From: an uncultured Alphaproteobacteria bacterium
GTDB taxonomy: Bacteria > Pseudomonadota > Alphaproteobacteria > RF32 > CAG-239
NCBI GenBank assembly: GCA_944391445.1
Contig: CALXTL010000007.1
Coordinates: 6,996-70,995 of the forward strand
Length of the DNA: 64,000 nt
Direction: 5' to 3'
Below the pieces are notes generated by a model. The model saw only the letters and a list, made by a program, of their open reading frames with translations, did not search any database and was not told where the DNA came from. The position numbers were made by a program, and so were the translations under genes. How positions within the stretch are numbered: position 1 is the stretch's first letter; each line of letters begins with the position of its first letter. Of the stretch, positions 21,752-32,111 are shown one piece after another.

Positions 21752-22219
21752 CTATAGATACAGGCATTTTACCCCGGCCTCACGAAACATTTCTTCCGAA
21801 TAGACCAGTTTGTCGCGCCAAGTCCCCGTCGGTGCGGCGGGGTCCGGCTCAAGCCGGCGGGTTACCACCATTTTGATTCCGGATTGAATAATCGCCCGGG
21901 CACAATCCGGACAAGGCATGGATGTTACGTAAATGACACAACCTTTTAACGTGGCTCCGATCAGACAGGCATTATAGACAGCGTTGCGTTCGGCATGTTC
22001 AAAAAAGTCGTATTTTGTCGGGCGCTCCATGCGCTCCGACTTATTGTCATCGACCCCTCTGACCAGACCATTATAGCCGGTGGAACGAATTTCCCGGTCC
22101 GGCCCAACAACAACAGCGCCAACTTTGGTGGAAGGATCTTTGGACCAGGTCTTGACCAGCTCGGCCAACTCCATAAACCGATTGTGCCATTTTTCTGAAA
22201 ACATTTCGCTCTCCGTCAC
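21752..22219 (-). CDS. dCMP deaminase / ComEB family
   Basis: SKDPSTKVGA, GYNG, HAERNA, PCPDC. Confidence 0.92.
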   Translation of the reverse strand: MTESEMFSEKWHNRFMELAELVKTWSKDPSTKVGAVVVGPDREIRSTGYNGLVRGVDDNKSERMERPTKYDFFEHAERNAVYNACLIGATLKGCVIYVTSMPCPDCARAIIQSGIKMVVTRRLEPDPAAPTGTWRDKLVYSEEMFREAGVKCLYL

Positions 22220-22359
22220 TCGTTTTTCCCGGCTTTAGTTTACAACCTTTGTTGTCAAGATACAATCTTTTTTGCGCAACTTTAAAAATCTGCTGGTTTT
22301 ACTTGACATCGGCCGCAAAATACACCAAGTTATAGCCAGTGCTTTTTATAATTGTTTAG

Positions 22360-23646
<1,287 letters not shown>

Positions 23647-23681
23647 GCATACAGACGCCGCTTTTGCCGGTGTTGTATATG

Positions 23682-23714
23682 AAAAATATCCTGGCTTCGG
23701 CCAGGATATTTTTT
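23682..23714. terminator. Bidirectional terminator
   Basis: AAAAATATCCTGGC-ttcg-GCCAGGATATTTTT. Confidence 0.88.
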
Positions 23715-23720
23715 ATGCAG

Positions 23721-24389
23721 CTAGCGTTGCGGCGAGGGCGGGCTTTTTTGTTTTTCCTTCATCCGCAGAGTGCGCATCAGCATTGAAACAAGCGGTGTAT
23801 ATTTTTTCGGCATATACTTTTTCCAGCCAATTGCCGCCAGATTCCGACAACGATGAATATTGCGCCGAGCATTGTCAATCTGTCGGCGGGCATCGGCCGT
23901 CAGATCCGGCGGATCGCCTTTCATGATATTATAACCGCTCGGCGAAGCCAGCAGCGGCTGCCCAAGCGGGGCTATGTGAAAATCATAATCCGGGCAAGCG
24001 GTGGCCTGCTTCCATTGCTTGAGCGTGACCAGATCACGCCCAAAAAGAATCGGATCGGCGACAAGAAGTTCGGTTTGCCGGCTGTCTTTGTATACCGATG
24101 CCTCAATGGCCGCGGCAATGTGGTAGTCATATTGAATTTCTTCAAAAGCACCGGTTTCGGCATTGCGCAGGTTGACACTGACATAGTTGGTAAAATGCCC
24201 GTTACGTTTGGAACTGGTTGCGCAGATCTTGTAAGCCGGAAAACCGTCTTGCTTTGCCTGCACGGCAATCAGATGCGCCAAGCAATAACAGATATCGCTC
24301 TCATATTGGTAGCTCTCTTCCGGAATGTCTGCCGTCCAGCGGCGATAAGCCCGATTACAGCGGATAACTTTTGCAGAATCAAATTCCAT
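23721..24389 (-). CDS. Protein-glutaminase-like papain-fold protein
   Basis: DICYCLAH / YDYHIAA / VADPILF / VTLKQW parallel the DGCYARAH / WxYHVA / IDPSLF / VT..EW motifs; GGAGG RBS. Confidence 0.65.
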   Translation of the reverse strand: MEFDSAKVIRCNRAYRRWTADIPEESYQYESDICYCLAHLIAVQAKQDGFPAYKICATSSKRNGHFTNYVSVNLRNAETGAFEEIQYDYHIAAAIEASVYKDSRQTELLVADPILFGRDLVTLKQWKQATACPDYDFHIAPLGQPLLASPSGYNIMKGDPPDLTADARRQIDNARRNIHRCRNLAAIGWKKYMPKKYTPLVSMLMRTLRMKEKQKSPPSPQR

Positions 24390-24528
24390 ACCTTCCTCCG
24401 GAATACTTTTGTCTTTTACTTTAGCATAATTTGCCGCTGAATAAAAGCCTTTTTAGATAATTGGTTGAGGGGCGGTTGTTTTTTGGGGCTTGCCGGATTA
24501 AATGATAAGGTGTTCACGATGAAGGTTT

Positions 24529-24623
24529 GTCAAAACAAAGAAATTATATTTCTTTTGCCGGTTAGAGTGAACATCCGACGTTTCTCCATAAACGACAAAA
24601 GGAATATAATTTTCTGGCGTTGA
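24529..24623. ncRNA. Candidate structured RNA (long imperfect hairpin)
   Basis: GAAATTATATTTCTTTTGCCGGTT is an imperfect inverted repeat of AACGACAAAAGGAATATAATTTTC. Confidence 0.35.
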
Positions 24624-24638
24624 TTTGGTGAGGAACGG

Positions 24639-24671
24639 GAAAACGGGGATTTATGAAAAATCCCCGTTTTC
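24639..24671. terminator. Terminator downstream of gltX
   Basis: GAAAACGGGGATTT...AAATCCCCGTTTTC. Confidence 0.8.
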
Positions 24672-24676
24672 TGTTT

Positions 24677-26107
24677 TTAATTCAGCGCCGCTATAGCTGC
24701 GTCCAACCGACGCAATGTTTCCTCCCGACCAAGAATCACCGCAATTTCGGTGGCGCCGCCGGGCGTGGTTTCTTTGCCACTCAGAGCAATGCGCGCCGGA
24801 TACAAAATCTGGCCGTTTTTGACCCCGAGCTTTTCCGCCAGAGCTTTCAAGGCAGCAAACAAAGCGTCATTATTCCATTCAATTTGGCCGGCCAAGACTT
24901 CGCGAATGGCCGGCAGATTTGCCCGAGCCACAGCGGCGTCGGTTTTCATCTTTTTATTGGCATAAAGTTCAGCCTGAAAAGCCGGCAGAGCAACAATAAA
25001 ATCAATCTGTTCGGAAATTTGTGTCAGAGTTTCAATACGCGGCTGCAACGTGCGGCTCAGCGCCTCCTGATCAACAAAAGCCGGAACATCTTTGTAATAA
25101 GGCTGCGCCAACTGATGAAATCTTTCCGCCGGTAACGCGCGGATATACATGCCGTTCATCCAGGTTAGTTTGACAATATCAAAAATGGCCGGCGACTTGT
25201 TGAGACGCTCAACAGAAAAAATCTTTGCCAATTCGGCAATGGAAAAAATTTCTTCTTCCGTGCCGGGATTCCAACCAAGCAGCGCAATATAGTTGATGAT
25301 TGCCTCCGGCAGATAACCTTTGGCAACCAGATCCTGAAACGATGCGTCGCCGTTGCGTTTGGATAATTTATGCTGGGCATCTTTCATCACCGGAGGCAGA
25401 TGCACATAAACCGGGCGCTGCCAGCCAAAAGTATCATACATCAGATTATATTTTGGCGTGGACGGCAGATATTCGTTTCCGCGGACCACATGCGTAATGC
25501 CCATGAGATGATCATCAATCACGTTGGCAAAGTTATAGGTCGGGAAGCCGTCAGACTTCAGCAATACGCCTTCATCCAGCTCGTCATAGTCAATTTCTAT
25601 CAGTCCATAGACTTTATCTTCATATTTTGATTTGCCGGTTTTGTTGATGGTCTGGCGGATGACATAAGGTTCGCCTGCAGCTATGCGCTTTTTTGCCTCT
25701 TCCAGCGGAATCTTTTTACAGGGATCCTCAAACTTGCAAATAATCTCGTTGCCTTCCTCATCAACCTGTTCTTCGCGTTCACCACAAAAACAATAATGGG
25801 CGCCGCCCAGCTCAACCAGCTTGTGTGCATAGGGCGCATATAAATCTTTGCGCTCAGACTGGACATACGGACCAAAATCACCACCGACATCCGGGCCTTC
25901 ATCCCAACGAATGCCCACAGTTTTTAAGGTGTTGTAGATAATGTCAACCGCGCCTTCAACATATCGTTTCTGATCCGTATCTTCAATCCGCAGGATGAAA
26001 TCGCCGCCGGAAGCTTTGGCAATCAGATATTCATATAGCGCCGTCCTCAGGTTGCCGATGTGCATATAACCGGTTGGACTTGGGGCAAATCTGGTACGTG
26101 TTTTCAT
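24677..26107 (-). CDS. gltX: Glutamate--tRNA ligase
   Basis: RFAPSPTGYMHIGNLRTA, LRIEDTD, KLSKR. Confidence 0.97.
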   Translation of the reverse strand: MKTRTRFAPSPTGYMHIGNLRTALYEYLIAKASGGDFILRIEDTDQKRYVEGAVDIIYNTLKTVGIRWDEGPDVGGDFGPYVQSERKDLYAPYAHKLVELGGAHYCFCGEREEQVDEEGNEIICKFEDPCKKIPLEEAKKRIAAGEPYVIRQTINKTGKSKYEDKVYGLIEIDYDELDEGVLLKSDGFPTYNFANVIDDHLMGITHVVRGNEYLPSTPKYNLMYDTFGWQRPVYVHLPPVMKDAQHKLSKRNGDASFQDLVAKGYLPEAIINYIALLGWNPGTEEEIFSIAELAKIFSVERLNKSPAIFDIVKLTWMNGMYIRALPAERFHQLAQPYYKDVPAFVDQEALSRTLQPRIETLTQISEQIDFIVALPAFQAELYANKKMKTDAAVARANLPAIREVLAGQIEWNNDALFAALKALAEKLGVKNGQILYPARIALSGKETTPGGATEIAVILGREETLRRLDAAIAALN

Positions 26108-26207
26108 TTTATTGTCTCTTTCTTAAAAAATTTCCGTTTTGCCTACGATAGCGCAGGCAAAACATTTTCTCAAGGACTTTTCGGAAAAGTCTTAAAAAAA
26201 GTATTTA

Positions 26208-27872
26208 TCACCCGGCCAGTAAAACCCCGGCTGCCGCCCGAGCCTCGGCCGTGACGACAGCGCCGGCCAGCATGCGTGCAATTTCCTCGCGCTTTTCATC
26301 AGCCGTCAGCTTGCGTACAAAAGTTGTGGTTATGCTGCCGTCAGTCTGTTTTTCTACTTTGAAGTGGTGATCGCCTCTGGCCGCCACTTGCGGCGAATGG
26401 GTAACAACCAATACCTGCACCTGTCGGCCGAGCTTGGCCAAGCGCTCACCGACAGCTTGTGCCGTTGCGCCGCCAACGCCAGAATCCACTTCATCAAAAA
26501 TCATGGTACTCACTTTTGAGCTCTGGGCCAGATTCACTTTCAGCGCCAGTTGAAAACGCGCCAGCTCGCCGCCGGACGCAATTTTGTTGAGCGGCCCTTG
26601 CGGCGAATTGGGATTGGTAGAAACCGTAAAGTTGACATTGTCAAAACCTGTCTCTGACCAGTTGCTTTCTTCTTTTTTTTCAACCTGTGTCATAAACCGG
26701 GCTTTTTCCATCTTAAGCGGCGGCAATTCCGCCATAACCGCGGCATCCAACTTTGCCGCAGCATTTATTCTGGCCAGGTGCAGAGCATTGGCCGCTTCAA
26801 TATATGCCTGTCTTTTTTCCTGCTCGGTTTTGCGCAGAGCAGTGATTGCTTCTTCACCACATTCTATGCTGCTTAACCGCTCTTTGAACTTTTGCAGCGT
26901 ATCTGCCAGGTCATCAACACCTACACCATGTTTACGCGCCAGGTCTTTTAGCGCAAACAGGCGTTCGTCAATATTTTCCTGCTCCCCGGCATTGAGCCCG
27001 ATATCGGCCGAGGCAGCCTCTATGCGCTCCATGGCATCGCCGATTTCAATCAAAGCACGATCTAACGCTTCATATATTTCGACATATTTATCGCCGACAT
27101 AGCGGCCAGCCCGGTCAATGGCGCTTTCAGCCGCACGCAAAGCTGATGCGACATCTCGCTCCCCGCTCAGATTTTGATACGCGTCGTTGAGATTTTCCAT
27201 AATTTTTTCCGCATGCATCAACTCTTGCCGACGGGCAGAAAGGACTGCTTCTTCACCTGATTGCGGCTTAATCTGCTCAAGCTCGTGCACCCAGTGGCGG
27301 AGATTATCCTCTTCTTCTTTGGCTTTGGCTACATCCGCTTCGGCTTGGCGGCGCGCCGCCGATGCTTGTTTATATTCCCGGCAGGCCAGAGCTGTCGCCG
27401 TCAGCAAGGCGCCGTTGCCGCCGAATGCGTCCAAGATGCTCTGATGATTGGCCGGATTGAGCAACCCCTGGTTGTCAAACTGGCCGTGAATCTCCACCAG
27501 ATATTTGCCGATTTCTTTAAGCAGGCGCGCGCTGATCGGCTGATCGTTAAAAAAGATTTTGCTTTTGCCGGCGCGGTCGAGTGTGCGCTTGATGATGATT
27601 TCACCATCAGTCTCCAGTTCATTTTCGGCCAGCAGCGTCTGCAGCTCCTGATTATGCGGTTCAGCATCAAAAACTGCCGTCACACTCAATTTGTCTTCGC
27701 CGGAGCGAATCAATGCCGCTTCGGCACGCCCGCCGAGCACCAGCCCGAGAGAATCGAGCAAAATGGACTTGCCGGCGCCGGTTTCACCCGTCAACACGCT
27801 GAGGCCGGCACCAAAGTCGAGGTCCAGCTTATCTATCAAAACCACATTGCGAATTGAGAGTGACTGCAGCAT
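26208..27872 (-). CDS. recN: DNA repair protein RecN
   Basis: TGETGAGKS, ASGGELAR, FDEVDSG, VTHSPQVAA. Confidence 0.97.
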   Translation of the reverse strand: MLQSLSIRNVVLIDKLDLDFGAGLSVLTGETGAGKSILLDSLGLVLGGRAEAALIRSGEDKLSVTAVFDAEPHNQELQTLLAENELETDGEIIIKRTLDRAGKSKIFFNDQPISARLLKEIGKYLVEIHGQFDNQGLLNPANHQSILDAFGGNGALLTATALACREYKQASAARRQAEADVAKAKEEEDNLRHWVHELEQIKPQSGEEAVLSARRQELMHAEKIMENLNDAYQNLSGERDVASALRAAESAIDRAGRYVGDKYVEIYEALDRALIEIGDAMERIEAASADIGLNAGEQENIDERLFALKDLARKHGVGVDDLADTLQKFKERLSSIECGEEAITALRKTEQEKRQAYIEAANALHLARINAAAKLDAAVMAELPPLKMEKARFMTQVEKKEESNWSETGFDNVNFTVSTNPNSPQGPLNKIASGGELARFQLALKVNLAQSSKVSTMIFDEVDSGVGGATAQAVGERLAKLGRQVQVLVVTHSPQVAARGDHHFKVEKQTDGSITTTFVRKLTADEKREEIARMLAGAVVTAEARAAAGVLLAG

Positions 27873-27873
27873 T

Positions 27874-28617
27874 TCAGTTATCCGTTTTTACCAACTTTTG
27901 CGCGCGACGGGTCCATTTGGATTGCGGGTAATTATGCCCGAGAACTTTGGCTGCATCGCCGGCTTCTTTGTCCAGCCCCAGAATCCGGTATATCTCCACC
28001 TGTCTATATAAAGCCTCTTCAATATGACCGGTGGTCTGGTATTGGTTGACGACAACCGAAAAACGGTTCAACGCCGACAAATAATTCTGCTGGCCGAGAT
28101 AAAAACGGCCGATTTCCATCTCGTGACCGGCCAAACGGTCATTAATCAGGTTGAGCTTCTTTTTGGCATCCGCTGCATAGTCCGTATCGGGGAAACGCAC
28201 AATTACCTGGCGAAATGCCTCCATGGCCGACGCACTGTTTTGCTGATCGCGCTCAATGCCGACAATCTGCTCATAATAACACAGACCCTTCATATAATAA
28301 GCATAGGCAATGTCTTTGTTGCCAGGGTGATATTTGATGAAACGGTCCAAAGCCATGATTGCATCGTCATATTTTTGATCTTTGTAATAAGCATAGGCGC
28401 CCATCAGCTTGGCCTTGGTTGCCCATTTGGAATAAGGATGCTCCAGTTCAACCTTTTCAAAACTTTCGGCGGCTTTGGCATATTGCGTTTTGTTGAGACT
28501 TTTATAACCGCGGTTGTACAAACGCTCGACAGAAAGATGTTCTTCCGAAGATTCCGGCGTTGAAGAGCAGGCAGCGACAAAACAGAACAGTCCCAGAAAC
28601 AAAGCTAACTTTTTCAT
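27874..28617 (-). CDS. bamD: Outer membrane assembly lipoprotein BamD
   Basis: Lipobox VAAC; HPYSKWA; TPRs; lpxC-bamD-recN synteny. Confidence 0.93.
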   Translation of the reverse strand: MKKLALFLGLFCFVAACSSTPESSEEHLSVERLYNRGYKSLNKTQYAKAAESFEKVELEHPYSKWATKAKLMGAYAYYKDQKYDDAIMALDRFIKYHPGNKDIAYAYYMKGLCYYEQIVGIERDQQNSASAMEAFRQVIVRFPDTDYAADAKKKLNLINDRLAGHEMEIGRFYLGQQNYLSALNRFSVVVNQYQTTGHIEEALYRQVEIYRILGLDKEAGDAAKVLGHNYPQSKWTRRAQKLVKTDN

Positions 28618-28626
28618 TTTTCTTCC

Positions 28627-29478
28627 TTATATAATTTCATAGTTGGCCGGATCGGCAAACAGTTTTCGTAAAATTTCGTTATTATGAAAATGTCCGGTTT
28701 TTGAAGCCGTCAGCCGAGCCAGCAACCGATATCCGGATGTATACATATCGCCGATTGCATCAATGACTTTGTGGTTGACGCATTCGTTTTCCGTGCGGAA
28801 GCCCCCTTCATTCAATACTTTTTCACCATCCAAAACCACAGCATTATCCAGACTGCCGCCTTTTATCAAACCGACGGACTTAAGATAATCTACCTGGCTT
28901 TTTTCGCAAAAAGTGCGGCACGGCGCTATAAACGTTTTAAAATTTTCAACCGTTAACGGCTCGCAAAAACGCTGACGGCCGACAATTTTTGAAGGAAACT
29001 CAATGCTGAAATCCACTTGAAAATCATCTGCAGGAATAAGCTTTATCTCATTGCCGTGTTCGTCCGAAAATTCCACAGATCGCTTTACTTTCAGAAAATG
29101 CCGCGGCTGATCCTGAGCAACGTTCCCGACTTTTTCCAGCGCTGTTACGAAAGGCAGAGCAGAACCGTCCATAATCGGCATCTCGCGGTTGTCGACCTCA
29201 ACCACAGCATTATCAATATCCAGCATGCTCAGTGCAGCCATCAGATGTTCAATTGTCGAAATAACACAATCTTTGCCATCGCCAAGACAAGTACAGTTGC
29301 GGGTGTCAACAACATTTGTATATAAGGCTCGGACTTCCGGACAGCTGGGCAAATCAACCCGGCAAAAAACTATGCCGCTGTCAGCCGGTGCCGGCCGGAT
29401 CTTCAGATTGCTCCGGCAACCCGAATGAAGGCCTATTCCGCTGATGGCGCATTCGCCCGCCAAAGTGCGTTGCTGCAT
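28627..29478 (-). CDS. lpxC: UDP-3-O-acyl-GlcNAc deacetylase
   Basis: GIGLHSG, TIEHLMAAL, PIMDGSA, HK.IDAIGD. Confidence 0.95.
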   Translation of the reverse strand: MQQRTLAGECAISGIGLHSGCRSNLKIRPAPADSGIVFCRVDLPSCPEVRALYTNVVDTRNCTCLGDGKDCVISTIEHLMAALSMLDIDNAVVEVDNREMPIMDGSALPFVTALEKVGNVAQDQPRHFLKVKRSVEFSDEHGNEIKLIPADDFQVDFSIEFPSKIVGRQRFCEPLTVENFKTFIAPCRTFCEKSQVDYLKSVGLIKGGSLDNAVVLDGEKVLNEGGFRTENECVNHKVIDAIGDMYTSGYRLLARLTASKTGHFHNNEILRKLFADPANYEII

Positions 29479-29506
29479 ACTCTCTCCTTAACTTTTGTCA
29501 ATTCAT

Positions 29507-29888
29507 ACAAGGCAGCCTGTAAGCCGGGTTCTGTATTCCGGTTGCCCGGAACGATAGCCATTCATCTGGGCCGTTTATCACTAAACGGCTCATCGCGACC
29601 TACCTCTGAGGCGGAGGGAGAACGCTCCTTGTAATCCGACATAAATGCAGGATTCCTCTAATTTGGTCTTGCATCAGACAGGGTTTGCCCGGCCGGGTCT
29701 GTTACCAGCCCCGCGGTGAGCTCTTACCTCGCCTTTTCAACCTTACCGGGATGAAAACCGGCGGTGTGTTTCTGTGGCACTTTCCCTTGGATTGCTCCAG
29801 CCAGACGTTATCTGGTGTCTTGTTCTCCGGAAGCCCGGACTTTCCTCATCATGGGCAAAGCCATGACGCGGCTATCCGGCTGCCTTGT
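29507..29888 (-). ncRNA. rnpB: RNase P RNA (class A)
   Basis: Minus strand GAGGAAAGTCCGGGCT...AAGTGCCACAGAAA...ACAGAACCCGGCTTACAG; terminal P1 pairing ACAAGGCAGCC/GGCTGCCTTGT. Confidence 0.95.
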
Positions 29889-30213
29889 TGGTTAGAATAG
29901 CATTTAGAGCCGCGATTGCAAGAGCTTTGTATCAACAAAACCACACAAAAAAGCATTTTGGCGAAATCATCCCCGGATTTGTTTTTTACCGATATTCATC
30001 CGATGCTAAATTGGCACAATCGCGGATTGCACCAGTCTTTATTCCGGCGCCTCAAATTCACTGATTTCCTCTTCTCTGATTTTCAGTTTTCAAACATAAA
30101 AAAATATCCCCAATTTTTTTATTTTTCGCTCGGCCTAGAGGCGTGCCGAGTTACAGAATCGGCGCTCATATTTTTACAGAACAAAACAAGAACAGTTAAT
30201 AAATTACTAAAAA

Positions 30214-30250
30214 TTCCCATTGATTCCCATATTTTCCCATGATATACCAT
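30214..30250. promoter_or_regulatory. MraZ operator-like direct repeats
   Basis: TTCCCAT x3 plus a degenerate TACCAT at exact 10-bp spacing (TGGGA on the minus strand), just upstream of mraZ. Confidence 0.7.
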
Positions 30251-30280
30251 ATTTATAATCAGATTTACCAAAAGGAGTCT

Positions 30281-30754
30281 TTGAGGTTGCGCAAAACTTT
30301 TCTGTTTATGGATACGGTAACCAACAAGGTTGACGCTAAAGGACGCGTTTCCCTGCCGGCCGATTATCGCGCCATTGTCAAAGACACCGGCTCCGAAATC
30401 GTCTGCTACCGCAGCCTTTCCGCCCCCTGTATTGAAGGCTGCCTGGAAGACCTGCTCGACAAACTCGCCACCGACATGGAAAACTCGCTCGACTTCTTTT
30501 CTCAGGAGCAGGACGACATTTCCAACCTGGTATTCGGCGACGCCAAAAGATATCCTTTCGATTCCACCGGCCGGATTATGCTCTCCGACAAGCTGTTGAA
30601 ACATGCACAAATTAAAGACAGCGCCGTTTTTGTCGGCAAAGGCCGCAAATTTCAGATATGGAACCCTGAAAACTGGGCAAAAGAAGAAGCCCGCATCCGC
30701 GCCGAAGTGTTGAAAAAGCGCCCGTCGCTCAAAGCGCAGGGAGGCAAAGAATAA
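30281..30754 (+). CDS. mraZ: Transcriptional repressor MraZ
   Basis: DAKGRVSLPA, DSTGRI, FVGKG.KFQIW.P; TTG start after AAGGAG (exact start uncertain). Confidence 0.93.
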   Translation: MRLRKTFLFMDTVTNKVDAKGRVSLPADYRAIVKDTGSEIVCYRSLSAPCIEGCLEDLLDKLATDMENSLDFFSQEQDDISNLVFGDAKRYPFDSTGRIMLSDKLLKHAQIKDSAVFVGKGRKFQIWNPENWAKEEARIRAEVLKKRPSLKAQGGKE

Positions 30755-31671
30755 TGGCCATTGATTACCGAACTCATTTTCCGGTCATGCTACCAGAGGT
30801 TTTAGCCAATTTATGCCCTTGTGACGGTGGTCTATATGTCGATGCAACTTTCGGCAATGGCGGCTACAGCGAAGCCATTTTAAGTTCGGCAAACTGCCGT
30901 GTGATTGCACTGGATCGTGATCCCGGCGTATGGAAAAGAGCCGAAGAATTGCGCGCCTCTTTCGGCAGCAGATTCGAGTTCAGAGCCGGCAAATTCGGCT
31001 CTTTTGCGGATTTAGTTCCTGAGGAAATTGACGGCGCGGTGTTCGATATTGGCGTTTCATCCATGCAGCTTGACCAGGCTAAAAGAGGATTCTCTTTTGC
31101 CAAAGACGCACCGCTGGATATGAGAATGTCGCAGTCGGGACAAACGGCGGCCGACCTTGTCAATACCCTGCCCGAAAAAGAGCTGGCCGATTTGATCTAC
31201 CGGTATGGCGAAGAACGCAAATCCCGGCAAATTGCTTCCAAAATCGTCGCGGCGCGCCGAAGCAAAAAAATTGAAACGACCAAAGAACTGGCGGAAATTG
31301 TCTACTCGGTTCTGCGGCGCGTGCCCAATGCCATTGATCCGGCGACACGCACTTTTCAAGCTTTGCGGATTGCTGTTAATGACGAACTCGGCGAATTGGA
31401 ATCCGGCCTTGACGGCGCCACTTGCCGCCTGAAATCCGGCGGTCGTCTGGTTGTGGTTGATTTCCATTCGCTGGAAGACAGAATCGTAAAAAACTTTTTT
31501 AAAAACAATACCGGCCGGACGCGCCATGTGTCTCGCTATGCGCCCCGGTCACAAGAACAAAACAACGCAATTTTTAAGGAATGTTCAAAAGTTATTTTGC
31601 CCTCAGAAGAGGAACTGCAGCAAAACAGCCGATCACGTTCTGCAAAATTGCGTTTTGCGGTTAAACAATAA
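30754..31671 (+). CDS. rsmH: 16S rRNA m4C1402 methyltransferase
   Basis: H.PVML.EV, DATFGNGGYS, DIGVSSMQLD, FHSLEDRIVK, RSRSAKLR. Confidence 0.97.
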   Translation: MAIDYRTHFPVMLPEVLANLCPCDGGLYVDATFGNGGYSEAILSSANCRVIALDRDPGVWKRAEELRASFGSRFEFRAGKFGSFADLVPEEIDGAVFDIGVSSMQLDQAKRGFSFAKDAPLDMRMSQSGQTAADLVNTLPEKELADLIYRYGEERKSRQIASKIVAARRSKKIETTKELAEIVYSVLRRVPNAIDPATRTFQALRIAVNDELGELESGLDGATCRLKSGGRLVVVDFHSLEDRIVKNFFKNNTGRTRHVSRYAPRSQEQNNAIFKECSKVILPSEEELQQNSRSRSAKLRFAVKQ

Positions 31672-31700
31672 CTCAAACTCCAGAAAGGATTTGAAAAAAA

Positions 31701-32084
31701 ATGAGCAGTACAAAATTGGCAACCCTGGCCCTGAAAATCGCCCTTCCCTGTCTGTTGTGCTTCAGCTATCTGGTGATGACCAACATGGTTCAGGAACTTG
31801 AGAGCGAGCTGAAAAGTATCAATCGGGGAATTGAGAAAGACATTAAATCTATTCATGTGCTAAAAGCCGAATGGTCTCACCTCAATAATCCGGCCAGGTT
31901 ACGCAAGCTGGTTGCCAAACATATTCCGCTGAATCAGGTGCAGGCTGAACAAATTATTAACTATTCTGCGTTACCATTTTCTTATGAAGAGGGCGAATCG
32001 AGAAAGATGGTTGCCCGTCGTAATATATCCAACTATGCCGAGCAGAATAAGGGGTTGAAAAAACTTACAAAGGCTCAGCGCTAA
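31701..32084 (+). CDS. ftsL: Cell division protein FtsL-like
   Basis: TM + coiled coil + LKAEWSHLNNPARL; lies between rsmH and ftsI. Confidence 0.85.
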   Translation: MSSTKLATLALKIALPCLLCFSYLVMTNMVQELESELKSINRGIEKDIKSIHVLKAEWSHLNNPARLRKLVAKHIPLNQVQAEQIINYSALPFSYEEGESRKMVARRNISNYAEQNKGLKKLTKAQR

Positions 32085-32111
32085 AAACAAAGAATTTGGG
32101 CAGAAGCAGAA

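Noticed and set aside
29425-30242. Short ORFs over rnpB and the mraZ promoter
   Set aside because: Explained by the RNase P RNA and promoter DNA.
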